From positions 1 to 50,740 of the IMG/VR virus record IMGVR_UViG_3300006754_000028: a stretch of DNA of 50,740 nucleotides, one strand, 5' to 3'. This document shows positions 28,331 through 38,638 of this stretch, one piece after another. The number at the start of each line of letters is the position of its first letter. The stretch's first letter is position 1. The translations under genes were made by a program, and so were the position numbers. Source of the stretch: a virus. Taxonomy: Duplodnaviria > Caudoviricetes. The notes below the pieces were generated by a model. The model had not been told where the DNA came from. It was given only the letters and a program-made list of their open reading frames with translations, and ran no database searches.

Positions 28331-28629
28331 CAGCAGCCCTCGCCCTTCAGGTGCATCTCGATGTTGGACAGCAACTCCTCGGGTATGTCGAAGTCGGACA
28401 GCGCAGCCATGATCTCCTTGACAGGAAGTTCGGGCATCTCCGACATATCCCCTTCGTCCATAGCCTGCTTATCCTCCTCGTCCATCATGCTCATCGCATA
28501 ATCCTCGGGAGGCATGTCGTAGTTGTCGTCACCCTTCATGCGGTCTGGTGCTCCAAGCAGGATGATCGATATGGATTCCTTCTTGGACTTCTTGTGGGGG
28601 TTGTCGTCGTTTCCGTAGTAGTTAGGCAT
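28330..28629 (-). CDS. Hypothetical acidic protein
   Basis: Coupled between the portal and FmdB-like genes. Confidence 0.6.
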   Translation of the reverse strand: MPNYYGNDDNPHKKSKKESISIILLGAPDRMKGDDNYDMPPEDYAMSMMDEEDKQAMDEGDMSEMPELPVKEIMAALSDFDIPEELLSNIEMHLKGEGC

Positions 28630-28630
28630 C

Positions 28631-30313
28631 TTATGCTCCTGGGAATGGTATGCCTGCCATCGGCGGCATCTGTTCTGGTTGTGGCTCGTCCTGTTCAGCC
28701 TCTTCCTTCATAATAGAGGGGCGAATGTTGAACATTTCTACTAGTTCCTTGGTTATCTCCCTCCAGTCCACCTCCTCTCCTGAAGGTGTCTGTGCGAGTG
28801 ACCCGAGAAGATCCACGAGTTGCTGTCTCCTGACAACCTTGTCCTCCATCAGCGGACTGAACGGAAGCACTCGGAACTTCGGCATGTTCTCAAGGAAGTC
28901 CCTGGCCAGAAGTTCTGGTGTGGCGTCGAGCTGCGTCTGCATAGCCAGCATAGCCAGGTCTATTCCTGAAGCATCTGGATTCGCCAGACACCAGCGGGTG
29001 ATCTCCGCTGCCTTGTCGAAACCTCTCTGGATAAACTTGACCAGCAGCCTGGTGCGCACCTGCATCCTGCCCTGTATCGACATCTGAATCATATTGGCTT
29101 CCGCCGCTGTACGGATGTTCTTGACCTCGCCACGCTGGAAGTCAGCCATTCCCGCAATGTTCTTGATGTGCGCCGAAGCCTGTCCAAGATGGTTGTTGAA
29201 GTCGAAGGTGGTGGGCATCTCAGGGGTCACGAAGATCATGTCACCCACAAGCGACTGACCGTCGGTCTCGACAGGTACTGGCTCCCAGGTTGCGCTTTTC
29301 ATGAAGCGACTGGCATCTTCCTCCGAAGGGAACATCGCCTTGTCGTAAAACATACGGCGGGGCAGGCGTCGGACTATCTCTCTCCTGGCACTGACCAGTT
29401 CATTGATGTCCTGCTGCAGAGGGGCTATCAGGGTAGCATCAGGGATGCCTCGAATGCGTCCCACACCAGGGTGGAAGCACAGTTGATCGTATGGATTGCC
29501 GTAGGGCGCGGCGGTCTCCATCACTATCTGCTTGGTTCCCATGTGGATGTGGTACAGCTTCTTCTCACGGAAGTCCCAGTACTCATGCATCGTCACATAT
29601 TCCTTCATTCCCTTGCGGCGTATCTCCTGCTCCTGGTCGTTTGACTGGTAGTCCTCGATCAGGCTCCTGGGATAGGTGTCGGGCTTGATGACCCTGTTGC
29701 CGCTAAGTGTGTACGAACCGTCCTCGACCCTCGCCCTGACCTGTGATTCATGAAGGATGAACCTCTCCGAAGCCCATGAAATGTCGCTGATGCGCCGAGC
29801 CACAGAGTCAAACTGAACCTCCCACGGCATCTTCAGCCGCCATATCACACGCCCCAGCTCCCTAGACCAGGTGATCTTGCGGATGGCTCCAGAGGAAAAG
29901 AGCATCGCGTGGAGAACTGCCTCCCTTGACATCTCATCCATGTCATCTTTTTCAGCCATCCAATTCAGAACCGCAGCTATGCGCCGCCCTGAGAAGGTTA
30001 TATCCTCGCTTCTTTGTGGAATTTCGTATGATCGCTGACGCGCATCCAAGACTTCGCACTGGGGCAAATCCAATGCGAGGGCAGAAATGATGGTGTCGAT
30101 GATGGGAAAAACCTCATTCTGCTCCGCGTTGTAATTGCTAAGCTCTGGAAAAGGACTCGTTCCGTCACCCTCCCAGAACTGGCCCCTCCAATATGCGAGG
30201 TTGCGAGCATCCTCCACAGCAACATGCTTTCTGTAGTGCTCCTCCGCATGATTGATGTGAGACATCAGCCTCGCCGCCTTCTTGGCAAACTCGTTCTTCT
30301 TGTCCTCAGTCAT
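28631..30313 (-). CDS. Portal protein
   Basis: Follows TerL with an ATGA overlap (start 30313). Early YWRGQ, VTMHEYWD and RTAAEA motifs and a Q/P/M tail as in P22-like portals. Confidence 0.8.
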   Translation of the reverse strand: MTEDKKNEFAKKAARLMSHINHAEEHYRKHVAVEDARNLAYWRGQFWEGDGTSPFPELSNYNAEQNEVFPIIDTIISALALDLPQCEVLDARQRSYEIPQRSEDITFSGRRIAAVLNWMAEKDDMDEMSREAVLHAMLFSSGAIRKITWSRELGRVIWRLKMPWEVQFDSVARRISDISWASERFILHESQVRARVEDGSYTLSGNRVIKPDTYPRSLIEDYQSNDQEQEIRRKGMKEYVTMHEYWDFREKKLYHIHMGTKQIVMETAAPYGNPYDQLCFHPGVGRIRGIPDATLIAPLQQDINELVSARREIVRRLPRRMFYDKAMFPSEEDASRFMKSATWEPVPVETDGQSLVGDMIFVTPEMPTTFDFNNHLGQASAHIKNIAGMADFQRGEVKNIRTAAEANMIQMSIQGRMQVRTRLLVKFIQRGFDKAAEITRWCLANPDASGIDLAMLAMQTQLDATPELLARDFLENMPKFRVLPFSPLMEDKVVRRQQLVDLLGSLAQTPSGEEVDWREITKELVEMFNIRPSIMKEEAEQDEPQPEQMPPMAGIPFPGA

Positions 30314-31935
30314 AAGTGACTTCCCCATGGAGTATTCTTGGGCTGACTTGCCAGACCATCTATTCGAGATTGTAACCGACGAAACGCCTCTGCCGCCAAT
30401 ATTTTTGGGTCTTTCTTCTTCTGCTTCCAACTGGATCCTCGGTGATTCATGTACGCCCAGGACGCTCCAGCCCACGCCGTAGCGAGATCGTAGTGACCGC
30501 CGCTGGCATCCCTCGACCTCTCAGCCCACTGCCCACGGTATGTCAGCAACTGACGCAGGCTCCTGGAACTGTGTATGGTGACGGATTCATCCTCGATGAG
30601 CTGCTGCATGTACCCCTCGGCTTCGCGCTTGGTCTTCACGCTGCTCCACCAACCTGGGGTGCGAGAGCGAGAACGGCTATGCCTGCTTGGAGTACGATGA
30701 AAAACACGCCTATAGCTAATATTAGGGTTGTCCACAAGATGAGATAGAACACTTTCGCCAACACCGTTCGCCTCCACATAGATCATCGCCTCGTTGTACC
30801 GCCTTCCCCACTCGCCAAGTTTCTGCGCCATCTGATAGGCGCTCATATGCCCCAGGTATTCTGCAGCCTGCTCGCACGTGCTGATGTTGAGGATGACCAC
30901 TCCGTAGTGGTCTCTCTCCGACCAGGATGAAGCGGGGTCAACGAAGATGATGTACTTGTCCTTTGGATCAGGCTCCTGGAACTGCACCCAGGGGTCGGTC
31001 TCGATGCCGAGACCAGTGCCTCCGTCCAGATCCTGCAGCCATCGCCTGAGAATAGACTGGTCATAGACGGCATCGCCAGTCATTGCCCAGCAGTCGTACT
31101 CGTTGATCGGATACTCCTGCTTGAACTTCTCGATGTTCCTGTTGCACTTCTGCAGACCGCTGACCTGCATCCAGTAAGCCTGACCAGGGGTTATCATCGG
31201 GTACTCGTCCCAGTATTCCTGGATGACCTTAGAGGGCTTCCACTTCGGGGGAACAGGCTTGCTGTACTCAGCTATCATTGTCCAGGGTATGAACACCTTC
31301 ATCCACTTGCTGTCTGGTCTTTCGCTTGCCATGCACAGCATGTGGAGTTGATCACCGTGGTGCTTGGGTGTAGATTCCGCCACGAAGAAACCGCCGTCTT
31401 CTGGCACTGCGTTCAGCACGGATGCCCACACCTCGTCGCCACCCTCCTCCTGCCACGAAGACAGCTCAGTGCCTAGCACTACCTGGACGGTCTCACCACG
31501 GAGAGGCTCGTCATCCTGCACCGAGGCTACGTCGAGTTTGCTGTCGATGTCAGGGAACTCCAAAGTCCTCTGCAGCTTTCCATGACGGCGAGGGCGTATG
31601 CTGGCAGGGCACGACTTGTAGAAGCGGTTAGCAATCTCAGCCAGGGATTTTGCGTTCTTTTTCTTGTGACCTATGATGGCGACCTGGCATCCAGTACGGA
31701 ACGCCGCGTGTTGGAATGCAACACCAGTAAAAAACGTAGACGAGCCTTCCTGGCGTGGCTTGATATGCACCAACCACTTCTGCTGTGCGTATGCAGCCTG
31801 CACCGCTGCAGCAAGGATCATCTGGTGATCCCATAGTCTGAACGGTTGCAGACCTTTGGACTTTGTTCTGATCTGCAGCATCGGCAGAAAAGCAGCGGGG
31901 TTCCAGAAGTCGGGATGTTCTGGAGGTATGATCAT
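30310..31935 (-). CDS. terL: Terminase large subunit
   Basis: Walker A-like HIKPRQEGSST, Walker B-like VVLGTE, coupling motif ESTP; nuclease IFVDPA...IYVEANGVG...HYD. Confidence 0.9.
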   Translation of the reverse strand: MIIPPEHPDFWNPAAFLPMLQIRTKSKGLQPFRLWDHQMILAAAVQAAYAQQKWLVHIKPRQEGSSTFFTGVAFQHAAFRTGCQVAIIGHKKKNAKSLAEIANRFYKSCPASIRPRRHGKLQRTLEFPDIDSKLDVASVQDDEPLRGETVQVVLGTELSSWQEEGGDEVWASVLNAVPEDGGFFVAESTPKHHGDQLHMLCMASERPDSKWMKVFIPWTMIAEYSKPVPPKWKPSKVIQEYWDEYPMITPGQAYWMQVSGLQKCNRNIEKFKQEYPINEYDCWAMTGDAVYDQSILRRWLQDLDGGTGLGIETDPWVQFQEPDPKDKYIIFVDPASSWSERDHYGVVILNISTCEQAAEYLGHMSAYQMAQKLGEWGRRYNEAMIYVEANGVGESVLSHLVDNPNISYRRVFHRTPSRHSRSRSRTPGWWSSVKTKREAEGYMQQLIEDESVTIHSSRSLRQLLTYRGQWAERSRDASGGHYDLATAWAGASWAYMNHRGSSWKQKKKDPKILAAEAFRRLQSRIDGLASQPKNTPWGSHL

Positions 31936-32189
31936 AGAGGCTTGATAAGCCTGGGGAACGGCCCGTTGGGGGTGATGCTCTCAGTTATCTTCTTTTTCAT
32001 GGCGGGGTTTTCCTTCGGGATGGTTGTCATCTCCGCCTGCAGTATCATCCTCGCCTCCCTGATCAGCGTCGTCGCGCCGCGAACCGTGTCTGAGTCTATC
32101 TCCGCGCCGAGAAACTTGATGAACAAGTCCTGCACAGCCGTTCTCTGCCCCTTGAATGTCTGGAGGTCTAATCTTTCGTCAATTGCCAT
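31932..32189 (-). CDS. Putative terminase small subunit
   Basis: Small helical gene directly upstream of TerL with ATGA overlap; assignment by position only. Confidence 0.4.
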   Translation of the reverse strand: MAIDERLDLQTFKGQRTAVQDLFIKFLGAEIDSDTVRGATTLIREARMILQAEMTTIPKENPAMKKKITESITPNGPFPRLIKPL

Positions 32190-32247
32190 TTGAGTGCTCC
32201 TGCATTATGATATGCTTACATCATAGTCTATTAGCCTGGAGGGCACA

Positions 32248-32508
32248 ATGGCAAGAGCAGGATCCAGTTCATCAAAACCAAAGTCATCACCAAACCCACC
32301 CCAGCCCAAGTACTACGCCGAAGTAGCCCTGGTGTACGGAAGCGGTGAGAAAAAGATTTATTTCAACGACCAGAAAAGACTGGACAGGTTCATCATTGAC
32401 GTGACAAAGCGCAAGCTCGACGCCTATCCGCTACAGTTCGTTGACGCCGCTGGCAAGTGCTTCATAATCCGAAGTTTCCTCTTCATGGAAATCACGATTA
32501 ATTCCTGA
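32248..32508 (+). CDS. Hypothetical protein
   Basis: GGAGG SD; divergent from the putative terS. Confidence 0.55.
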   Translation: MARAGSSSSKPKSSPNPPQPKYYAEVALVYGSGEKKIYFNDQKRLDRFIIDVTKRKLDAYPLQFVDAAGKCFIIRSFLFMEITINS

Positions 32509-32838
32509 CCACTCCTGCAGGTACTCCTCTCCTGCCGACGCAGCCGCATCAAGTGCGTCTGCCACAGCCCCCTTTTTTTCAACCGCCGCCCTGTGCAGGT
32601 ACGGAACGACCGTGATCAGGCGAGCCATCATCGACGGGTCTCGCGGGTTCACCGCTTTCTGCCATCCCCGTTCCGTGTCGTACCATTCAAATTTTCCATA
32701 CCGATACTCCCAGCGGAAAATGACCCCGTCAGCAGCCTCGGTCTGTACTGTCTCATAGTATCTGGAGCCTTTGAACATGTTCTGTAGTCGGGTGCAGACT
32801 GATAGCAGTTTCTTTGCAGCCTCTGAGTATTCTGCCAT
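32431..32838 (-). CDS. Hypothetical protein
   Basis: GGAG SD; 78-nt convergent overlap with 32248..32508. Confidence 0.55.
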   Translation of the reverse strand: MAEYSEAAKKLLSVCTRLQNMFKGSRYYETVQTEAADGVIFRWEYRYGKFEWYDTERGWQKAVNPRDPSMMARLITVVPYLHRAAVEKKGAVADALDAAASAGEEYLQEWSGINRDFHEEETSDYEALASGVNEL

Positions 32839-32853
32839 TTTCTCTCCAAATAA

Positions 32854-33114
32854 TCAGACATGATGTCGAGTTCGCCGTAAAATATAGATAACGGTATATT
32901 GAGACCACGCAACCAGGTCTCTATGGTTTCCTTGGTTGGAAGCCTTCCATACCTGGCAAGTTGCCGGTATGAGTAGTAGGAGTATCCAATGCCCGAACAA
33001 AAGTCTGGAGCTGTCAATCTTGAAAAAGACAGTACCAACGGCCAGCGAAACCAAAACTCCTTGCGCGTCAAAATGTACACCCCCAAAACATATATTACCC
33101 CCGAAACGATACAT
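32854..33114 (-). CDS. Possible small membrane protein
   Basis: Two hydrophobic stretches; an alternative overlapping frame (32649..33086) exists. Confidence 0.3.
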   Translation of the reverse strand: MYRFGGNICFGGVHFDAQGVLVSLAVGTVFFKIDSSRLLFGHWILLLLIPATCQVWKASNQGNHRDLVAWSQYTVIYILRRTRHHV

Positions 33115-33131
33115 GGTCTAGGAGATTACAA

Positions 33132-34136
33132 ATGCCCATTGCAAAAGACACTGATGCCCGTTGGAAAGAGAACCATATTACGGTATACAAAAGATACAGC
33201 GAAGGAATGATACATTCCGAAAGGCAGTCTAGCTGGGGAATGAGATGCGGACTATACCACAGAAAGGTCTCTGGACGTAGGATGTACCTGCCACTGGTGC
33301 TGTGCGGGCCCCTGCAGATCGGGCTGACAACGCACGACGTGTTCGTCTGCTGCAAACACAAGTGGGTTTTCCTGGGGCGCAACGGTCGTATCTGGAGGCT
33401 AGAAGGATTCAAACTGCCGAAGAAAGCACCCACCCTTGGTGACATGGTGCAGGAGGGCATTGTCATATGGGCGGACACGCTCTCCCGTCTGATAGTGGAC
33501 AGGCTTACACCAGAACAGATCGTCGAACCGATGCACCAGGCCTGCCAGAGGTACAGGCACATCTGCCGTGAGCTGGTGACCAAGAGGATAATGGACGCCG
33601 CAAGCATGGGCAGGAAAAGGGGGATGGAGTACTACGCGAAGGCTGTGTCGCCCGACTGGACTAAGGGTGACCTGGTGACGCCGAGGGTTCCTAACGTGCA
33701 GCATGCCGTACTGTTCAGCTTGGTGCTTGCCTTGGAATCAGATACGGCGGCAGACCTGATCGAACTGGCTGCCTTCATCGAGCACCGGTTGCCCTTGTAC
33801 AACCGCCAAGCCTGCCAGGCTATCTATCAGTCCAGCGTTGAACTGTTGGCAAAGCTCTGCCCCGCCTGGTGGGCGCAGTCTTTCCTGTGCCCGTGGCACA
33901 CGGTCGGCAGCATCGAGCGGTTGTTCAAAGCGCAGTTCTGCAGGATAGTCAACGACTCCTGGGTACGTGAAGTCCCCGTCACGGCGGTCACTGGGCTGAA
34001 GGTCAACATAGACCTCAACCCAGAAACCAAATTGCTGATAGACGATCCCAACGCCAGGAATGTGGAGGAGTGGGGATACGACGACAGGGAGCCAGTCGAA
34101 CTCCATGAGATCGAGATCAACCCCAGGAGTTTCTAA
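33132..34136 (+). CDS. Hypothetical protein (334 aa)
   Basis: AGGAG SD; long ORF; no motif recognised. Confidence 0.7.
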   Translation: MPIAKDTDARWKENHITVYKRYSEGMIHSERQSSWGMRCGLYHRKVSGRRMYLPLVLCGPLQIGLTTHDVFVCCKHKWVFLGRNGRIWRLEGFKLPKKAPTLGDMVQEGIVIWADTLSRLIVDRLTPEQIVEPMHQACQRYRHICRELVTKRIMDAASMGRKRGMEYYAKAVSPDWTKGDLVTPRVPNVQHAVLFSLVLALESDTAADLIELAAFIEHRLPLYNRQACQAIYQSSVELLAKLCPAWWAQSFLCPWHTVGSIERLFKAQFCRIVNDSWVREVPVTAVTGLKVNIDLNPETKLLIDDPNARNVEEWGYDDREPVELHEIEINPRSF

Positions 34137-34441
34137 GCCTCTCCGTGGTGTATCGTCGTAGCCACTGTCACCACGTCCCTGACCGACCCGTCCTCTGCCA
34201 CCAACGCGCCGCCTGGAATCACCGCGACCAGATCCATGTCTGGATCCTCGACGATGATGCAGTCGGCGGGATGGAAGCCGCGAAGGGTGGCGTTGCGGGC
34301 ACGGATCTTGTTTCCCGTAAGCCCAGCTATGAGCCTCCCCGCGCTTTTGAGAGCCTCCTCAATCGAGGGGTACTCGACCCTGACCTTGGTCTGCGGGGTC
34401 AGGGTCTTGCCCTCCCTCCTTGCTATGTACACCTCGAACAT
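34133..34441 (-). CDS. Hypothetical protein
   Basis: TGATG-coupled to the upstream gene. Confidence 0.6.
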   Translation of the reverse strand: MFEVYIARREGKTLTPQTKVRVEYPSIEEALKSAGRLIAGLTGNKIRARNATLRGFHPADCIIVEDPDMDLVAVIPGGALVAEDGSVRDVVTVATTIHHGEA

Positions 34442-34908
34442 CAGAACGGCAGGGGATCGAGTTCTACTTTCTTAACAGGGTGGCGGATGTATCCAGCAAC
34501 CGCATACGCCTGATCAAGATCGCAGGGCACGTCATGGAGGGTTACGCCAATGGCGTACTTATCAACCATATACATGAAGTCAGTCACAATGACCTCATGT
34601 TTGTTCTGCTGCATCATCACCCTGAAGAGTAGCTGCATGCACCTTCCGACATTCAAATCCCAGTCTGGATGAGCTTCGGCTTTTTTAGCCTCTGCCTCCA
34701 CCCACTCAAGTGTGATCGCAGGCAGTACGCTTTCCACCGCCTCTTCGACTTCTTTGCAGTACGTTGCCATTGTTATTTTCCTTGGCTGGTTGTTTGTTTC
34801 TTTTTGGAACTGATCCCAGTCATCCTGAGTCCAGTCCTCTCTGTCTTTCATGCTCCAATGGTTATTTTCACTACTCACTTTTTTCTCCTTTTGTGATTGT
34901 GTTGTCAT
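34441..34908 (-). CDS. Hypothetical protein
   Basis: In the recombination operon; ends in DPLPF. Confidence 0.6.
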   Translation of the reverse strand: MTTQSQKEKKVSSENNHWSMKDREDWTQDDWDQFQKETNNQPRKITMATYCKEVEEAVESVLPAITLEWVEAEAKKAEAHPDWDLNVGRCMQLLFRVMMQQNKHEVIVTDFMYMVDKYAIGVTLHDVPCDLDQAYAVAGYIRHPVKKVELDPLPF

Positions 34909-35434
34909 GCTGGCGTCTTAATAGACACCAGTAAAGTCTTCTGCAGTCTTCAGCGTCTTTCAGAGCAGTGTGCGCTCCCTTGCTGCTCCAATGCAGAAAT
35001 GTCCTTATTTTGTCTAGACTTAGTGACTTCAGCCCCATAGGCATTAAATGCTCATGCACCAATGTCACCGTATCGATCTTTGTCCACGGAAATGTATCAG
35101 GAGCGTCAATCCTCTTGCACTCCTCGCGGTAGAACTCGGCGTCAAACGCAATGTTGTGCCCGACGACAATGTCGCCCTTGCGCCATTTGTTCCACAAGTG
35201 ATCCTGGTAGACCTCCTCAAAAGTCGGCGCATCGTCCCACTTCTCCTTTGCAGAGTCGTACCCGTTGATCTGTAGCGCCATGGGGTCGGCATCCTCTATC
35301 CGCTTCGGCTTGACCCGCGAAGACCATGTCTCAACACGACCGTCACCATAGTCGGTGATAATCGCAATCTCGATTATTTCATGGACTGAAGCGTCCAGAC
35401 CCGTGGTCTCTGTATCTATGAAGTGAATAGCCAT
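34871..35434 (-). CDS. DnaQ-like DEDDh 3'-5' exonuclease
   Basis: ExoI FIDTETTG, ExoII VGHNIAFD, ExoIII HTALKD. Confidence 0.9.
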   Translation of the reverse strand: MAIHFIDTETTGLDASVHEIIEIAIITDYGDGRVETWSSRVKPKRIEDADPMALQINGYDSAKEKWDDAPTFEEVYQDHLWNKWRKGDIVVGHNIAFDAEFYREECKRIDAPDTFPWTKIDTVTLVHEHLMPMGLKSLSLDKIRTFLHWSSKGAHTALKDAEDCRRLYWCLLRRQHDNTITKGEKSE

Positions 35435-35435
35435 G

Positions 35436-36128
35436 TCAACTCCTTATCGCCAGGAACTGCTGCTCCGCTTTTTCCAGCCATTCCACGCACTTGTTCCGTG
35501 TCTCCTGATCCATCTGGCTTGGTCGTGGTTTTCCTTCCATCTCCAGGTACACCACAAGGTCGCCGTAGCACTTGTTCATCCGCTGCAGAACCCCCTGGAA
35601 CCTAGACCTGTCCTTGTCCCACGACGGGTGCTGGGTGGACAGCATCTTTGGCGGCTGCACAGATTCCAGTTTCACAGGTTGCTTAGGCTCGCTGTTCATG
35701 TGCTTGCGGATCTGCCTTTCATTCTTGCTCCATAGCTCCAGACCCAGCCCGTGCAAGCCAATAGCCTTGACCAGCGCCCTCTGTATGGTGTCCGAGATGT
35801 CACGGGAGGTCACTGCCTGCACCTTCTTTCCGTTCATCCTGTCGTCCATGATCGGCTGCCAGCATATCATCTCCACATCGCCGACCGTAACGCCAACCTT
35901 TACCATCACCCCGCAGCCGTCTGGCGATACGAAGTAGGGCATGCCAGACGTTGGATTCTCATACGCTTGCCAAGTGGCATCTGGGTGGTCGTGCTTCAGC
36001 AGTGCCCAGGCGTCGCACCAGCTTATGTACTTGGGCTGGAACTTGCCGCCCTTTTTCATCAGGACGTACTCGTCCACGTTAATCTTGTATAGATCCCTGA
36101 AAGTATTCTTCTTTGTTCTTGCAGCCAT
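35436..36128 (-). CDS. Sak3/DUF1071-like single-strand annealing protein
   Basis: YISWCDAW..LK...PDA, MVKVGVTV, PIMD.R and IQRALVKAIGLHGLGL.L motifs. Confidence 0.8.
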   Translation of the reverse strand: MAARTKKNTFRDLYKINVDEYVLMKKGGKFQPKYISWCDAWALLKHDHPDATWQAYENPTSGMPYFVSPDGCGVMVKVGVTVGDVEMICWQPIMDDRMNGKKVQAVTSRDISDTIQRALVKAIGLHGLGLELWSKNERQIRKHMNSEPKQPVKLESVQPPKMLSTQHPSWDKDRSRFQGVLQRMNKCYGDLVVYLEMEGKPRPSQMDQETRNKCVEWLEKAEQQFLAIRS

Positions 36129-36262
36129 AAATCCTCCTTATAGGTTTGCTTTGCTCTTACATATTATATTGTGTAAGAATAAATGCAACTCTTTTGTTGA
36201 CTTCGGACATATTTTGGTTTACCTTTACTAAGAGTTTATGTAAGACCTGCAAGGAGGTACAA
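36129..36262. promoter_or_regulatory. AT-rich divergent promoter region
   Basis: Between divergent operons; TTGACT on +, TTGCAT and TATAAT-like elements on -, but spacing is non-canonical. Confidence 0.45.
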
Positions 36263-36574
36263 ATGACAACCAAGACAACAACGCTTGGACACCATCTTTT
36301 CCAGAAGTGGGCTGCCCAGATGGGCGGTCAAAAGAAGAACCCAGACAAGCCTAGTACAGCAACCCTGGACGAGATCCGAAGGTCGATGAACAGGCGATGC
36401 ACCGACATCAAGGGATACCGTTTCATCAAACAGATAAACGGTATGTGGTTCTGGTTGGAGGACACCACAGCTCCAGTCAGACCAATAATGGCGTACCGCA
36501 GAGCCATCAGGCGGGTGACGCAGAAGCAAGTACCCATCGACGCATGGGAGATCGAGTACAGGGGCGAAGAATGA
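36263..36574 (+). CDS. Hypothetical protein
   Basis: AAGGAGG SD before ATG 36263. Confidence 0.65.
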   Translation: MTTKTTTLGHHLFQKWAAQMGGQKKNPDKPSTATLDEIRRSMNRRCTDIKGYRFIKQINGMWFWLEDTTAPVRPIMAYRRAIRRVTQKQVPIDAWEIEYRGEE

Positions 36575-37050
36575 ACATCAGCATGGAGGATGGCAAAGCC
36601 GTCATCAACGGTCGGCGCTGGATCTGCATAGACAGTGTCAAGATTGACGGCGAGCCGATGGCGAAGGGAAGACCCAGGGTCACCAGGACGCATACGTTCA
36701 CCCCCCTTAAGACAAGGAGGGCGCAGAGAAGGATAGCCGAGGCTTTCCAGGATCATCTAGGAGGTGAAGAGGGCTGGCCGTTTGAGCTGGACTGCCCCGT
36801 AATGATAGTGTGCCGTTTCTGGCACGGGCGACCGAAGAGGCTCCAGAGGAAAAAGGATCCGTCGGAGGAGATTCCCAAGCAGACCAAGCCCGACCTGGAC
36901 AACCTGGTCAAGCTTGTGAAGGACAGCATAAACGATGCTGGCTATTGGGAGGACGACAAACACAACTGCACGTTCATCGCAGAGAAGATGTACTGCGCCA
37001 AGGAAGAGGAACCAAGAACAACAATAGACATCTACATACTGGAGGAATAA
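36571..37050 (+). CDS. rusA: RusA-family Holliday junction resolvase
   Basis: P.AKGRPR and KPDLDNLVK.VKDS....YWEDD catalytic motifs. Confidence 0.9.
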   Translation: MNISMEDGKAVINGRRWICIDSVKIDGEPMAKGRPRVTRTHTFTPLKTRRAQRRIAEAFQDHLGGEEGWPFELDCPVMIVCRFWHGRPKRLQRKKDPSEEIPKQTKPDLDNLVKLVKDSINDAGYWEDDKHNCTFIAEKMYCAKEEEPRTTIDIYILEE

Positions 37051-37880
37051 TGTGGATACCACTACCCATGAAATACGTGAGCGAGCGTGATGACTACAGA
37101 CAACCAGCGAAGGAATCCGAAGCCTGGAGTTGGTTGTGGACGCAGAGAATACTGCTCAGGAGAGAGCCGTCACAGAGGGAGATCAGCAAGGCTCTGTGCT
37201 GGTCAAGGCACAAGGTCAGACAGCTACAGAAAGACGTTGACCAATTCGCCGACCAGTACTTTAAAAAGACGAGAACCAAAGTTGTACCAATCGGACACGA
37301 TTATATGGGGGGTGTAGAGCAAACTCCAACCAAAGGACAACCAGAAAACAACCAGGTTCCGACCACTTCTGTACCAGAAACCGACCACCCTCCTCCTACA
37401 ACTCCCAGCGAAACGGCGACACAGCAGCCCCTATACAGTAAAAGTAAAAGAACAAGTACATCTATTAATAAAAATATTAATTTATTAAATGTCGGTGTCG
37501 GCAAAGGGGTGGTGGAGGCTCACATAAGCAAGTCTCTAGCCGAGGTCTACAATCACTGGCACAGTCACAAGAAGACAGCCAAGGCAATAAGGAAGGCGCA
37601 GGTCAAGACCATAAGAAGCGCCTTGAAGGTACACACAGTTGAAGAGTGCAAGCTGATAATAGACTACGTCTTTCTTGGCGACAACTGGTGGACTGAAAAC
37701 AACACCAAGATTGAATCAATCCTGAACAGCAAGAATGCAGGTGGGCTACTGGAGGATGCGGAAGAGTGGAAGCGCAAGCCGCAGAAGATGTCAGCCCTTC
37801 CACCCCAGACCCTTTTACCGCAGGAAGAACAACCAAAACAACAACCAAAGAAACGCAAAATCTACAAGAGGATAACGTAA
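37050..37880 (+). CDS. Putative replication initiator (N-terminal HTH)
   Basis: PSQREISKALCWSRHKV HTH, P/T/Q linker, helical C-terminal domain; TAATG coupling. Confidence 0.6.
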   Translation: MWIPLPMKYVSERDDYRQPAKESEAWSWLWTQRILLRREPSQREISKALCWSRHKVRQLQKDVDQFADQYFKKTRTKVVPIGHDYMGGVEQTPTKGQPENNQVPTTSVPETDHPPPTTPSETATQQPLYSKSKRTSTSINKNINLLNVGVGKGVVEAHISKSLAEVYNHWHSHKKTAKAIRKAQVKTIRSALKVHTVEECKLIIDYVFLGDNWWTENNTKIESILNSKNAGGLLEDAEEWKRKPQKMSALPPQTLLPQEEQPKQQPKKRKIYKRIT

Positions 37881-38638
37881 TGGCAGATCAAGAAACAATC
37901 AGCGAGTGCATGTGGCTTATCGTTTACAATTTCATGGCTTCTCACAACTATGACAAGCAGTTGAGTTGGATCAACGGCGCGGAGGAATCATGGTTCTACG
38001 CATTCGAGGACTTATACGATGAAAACGAAGTTAAAATTCAAAAGAGGATACTCAACGAGCATTTGAGGGAGGGCATCAAGGAGTTCATGGCGTGTTACGA
38101 GGGAACCTATTTCCCGACCCTGGCGCAGGTCAGCACATACATGAAGAATAACTACAGCCACCGAGACAGGGAGAGGGAGGAGAGGGACTTCAAGGACTGC
38201 GAAGACTGCAATGGCGGATTCAGGCTCGGCGCTATGCATGTTCGCAAGCACAGCCCAATACATGGGGATTATGTGGATGCGGATAAATTTCAGCTAGCCT
38301 GCGAGTGCGAGGCTGGAAGGGAGAGGATAAAGCGGGGCACGAAGCACCACCAGACGTTCACTGACTGGGCGTCGGAAAGCCCCAAGGTGATTAAGTGGTG
38401 GTTGACTGACAGTGCGAACCCAGTATTGCCAAGTGAGGCGATCATATCGGAGTGGAGGCTGAACCTGTCTAGGAAGAAGGCTGAGAGGGGCGGCGAGAAC
38501 TTCTATCTGAAACACGTCCTGGCTATGGACGCCAATGCAAAGAGGCGGGATGAGCTGCGCATCTCCAGGGGTGAGGAGCCTCTGGACAGGCGTGAGTTCG
38601 TCGAGGAAAACCGCCCAGTGGGATGGTTCCTGAGATGA
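37880..38638 (+). CDS. Putative helicase loader / replisome organiser with Zn finger
   Basis: Follows the initiator; YFPTLAQV loader-like motif and CEDCNGG...CEC. Confidence 0.5.
   Translation: MADQETISECMWLIVYNFMASHNYDKQLSWINGAEESWFYAFEDLYDENEVKIQKRILNEHLREGIKEFMACYEGTYFPTLAQVSTYMKNNYSHRDREREERDFKDCEDCNGGFRLGAMHVRKHSPIHGDYVDADKFQLACECEAGRERIKRGTKHHQTFTDWASESPKVIKWWLTDSANPVLPSEAIISEWRLNLSRKKAERGGENFYLKHVLAMDANAKRRDELRISRGEEPLDRREFVEENRPVGWFLR

Noticed and set aside
30314-30475. N-terminal extension of the portal given in the ORF track
   Set aside because: It lies inside terL; the ATGA overlap at 30313 is the more plausible start.
9508-31836. Long + strand ORFs opposite the structural operon (e.g. 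12986..14038, 11911..12777, 23879..24760)
   Set aside because: Antisense shadows of GC-rich coding sequence; no SDs or motifs.
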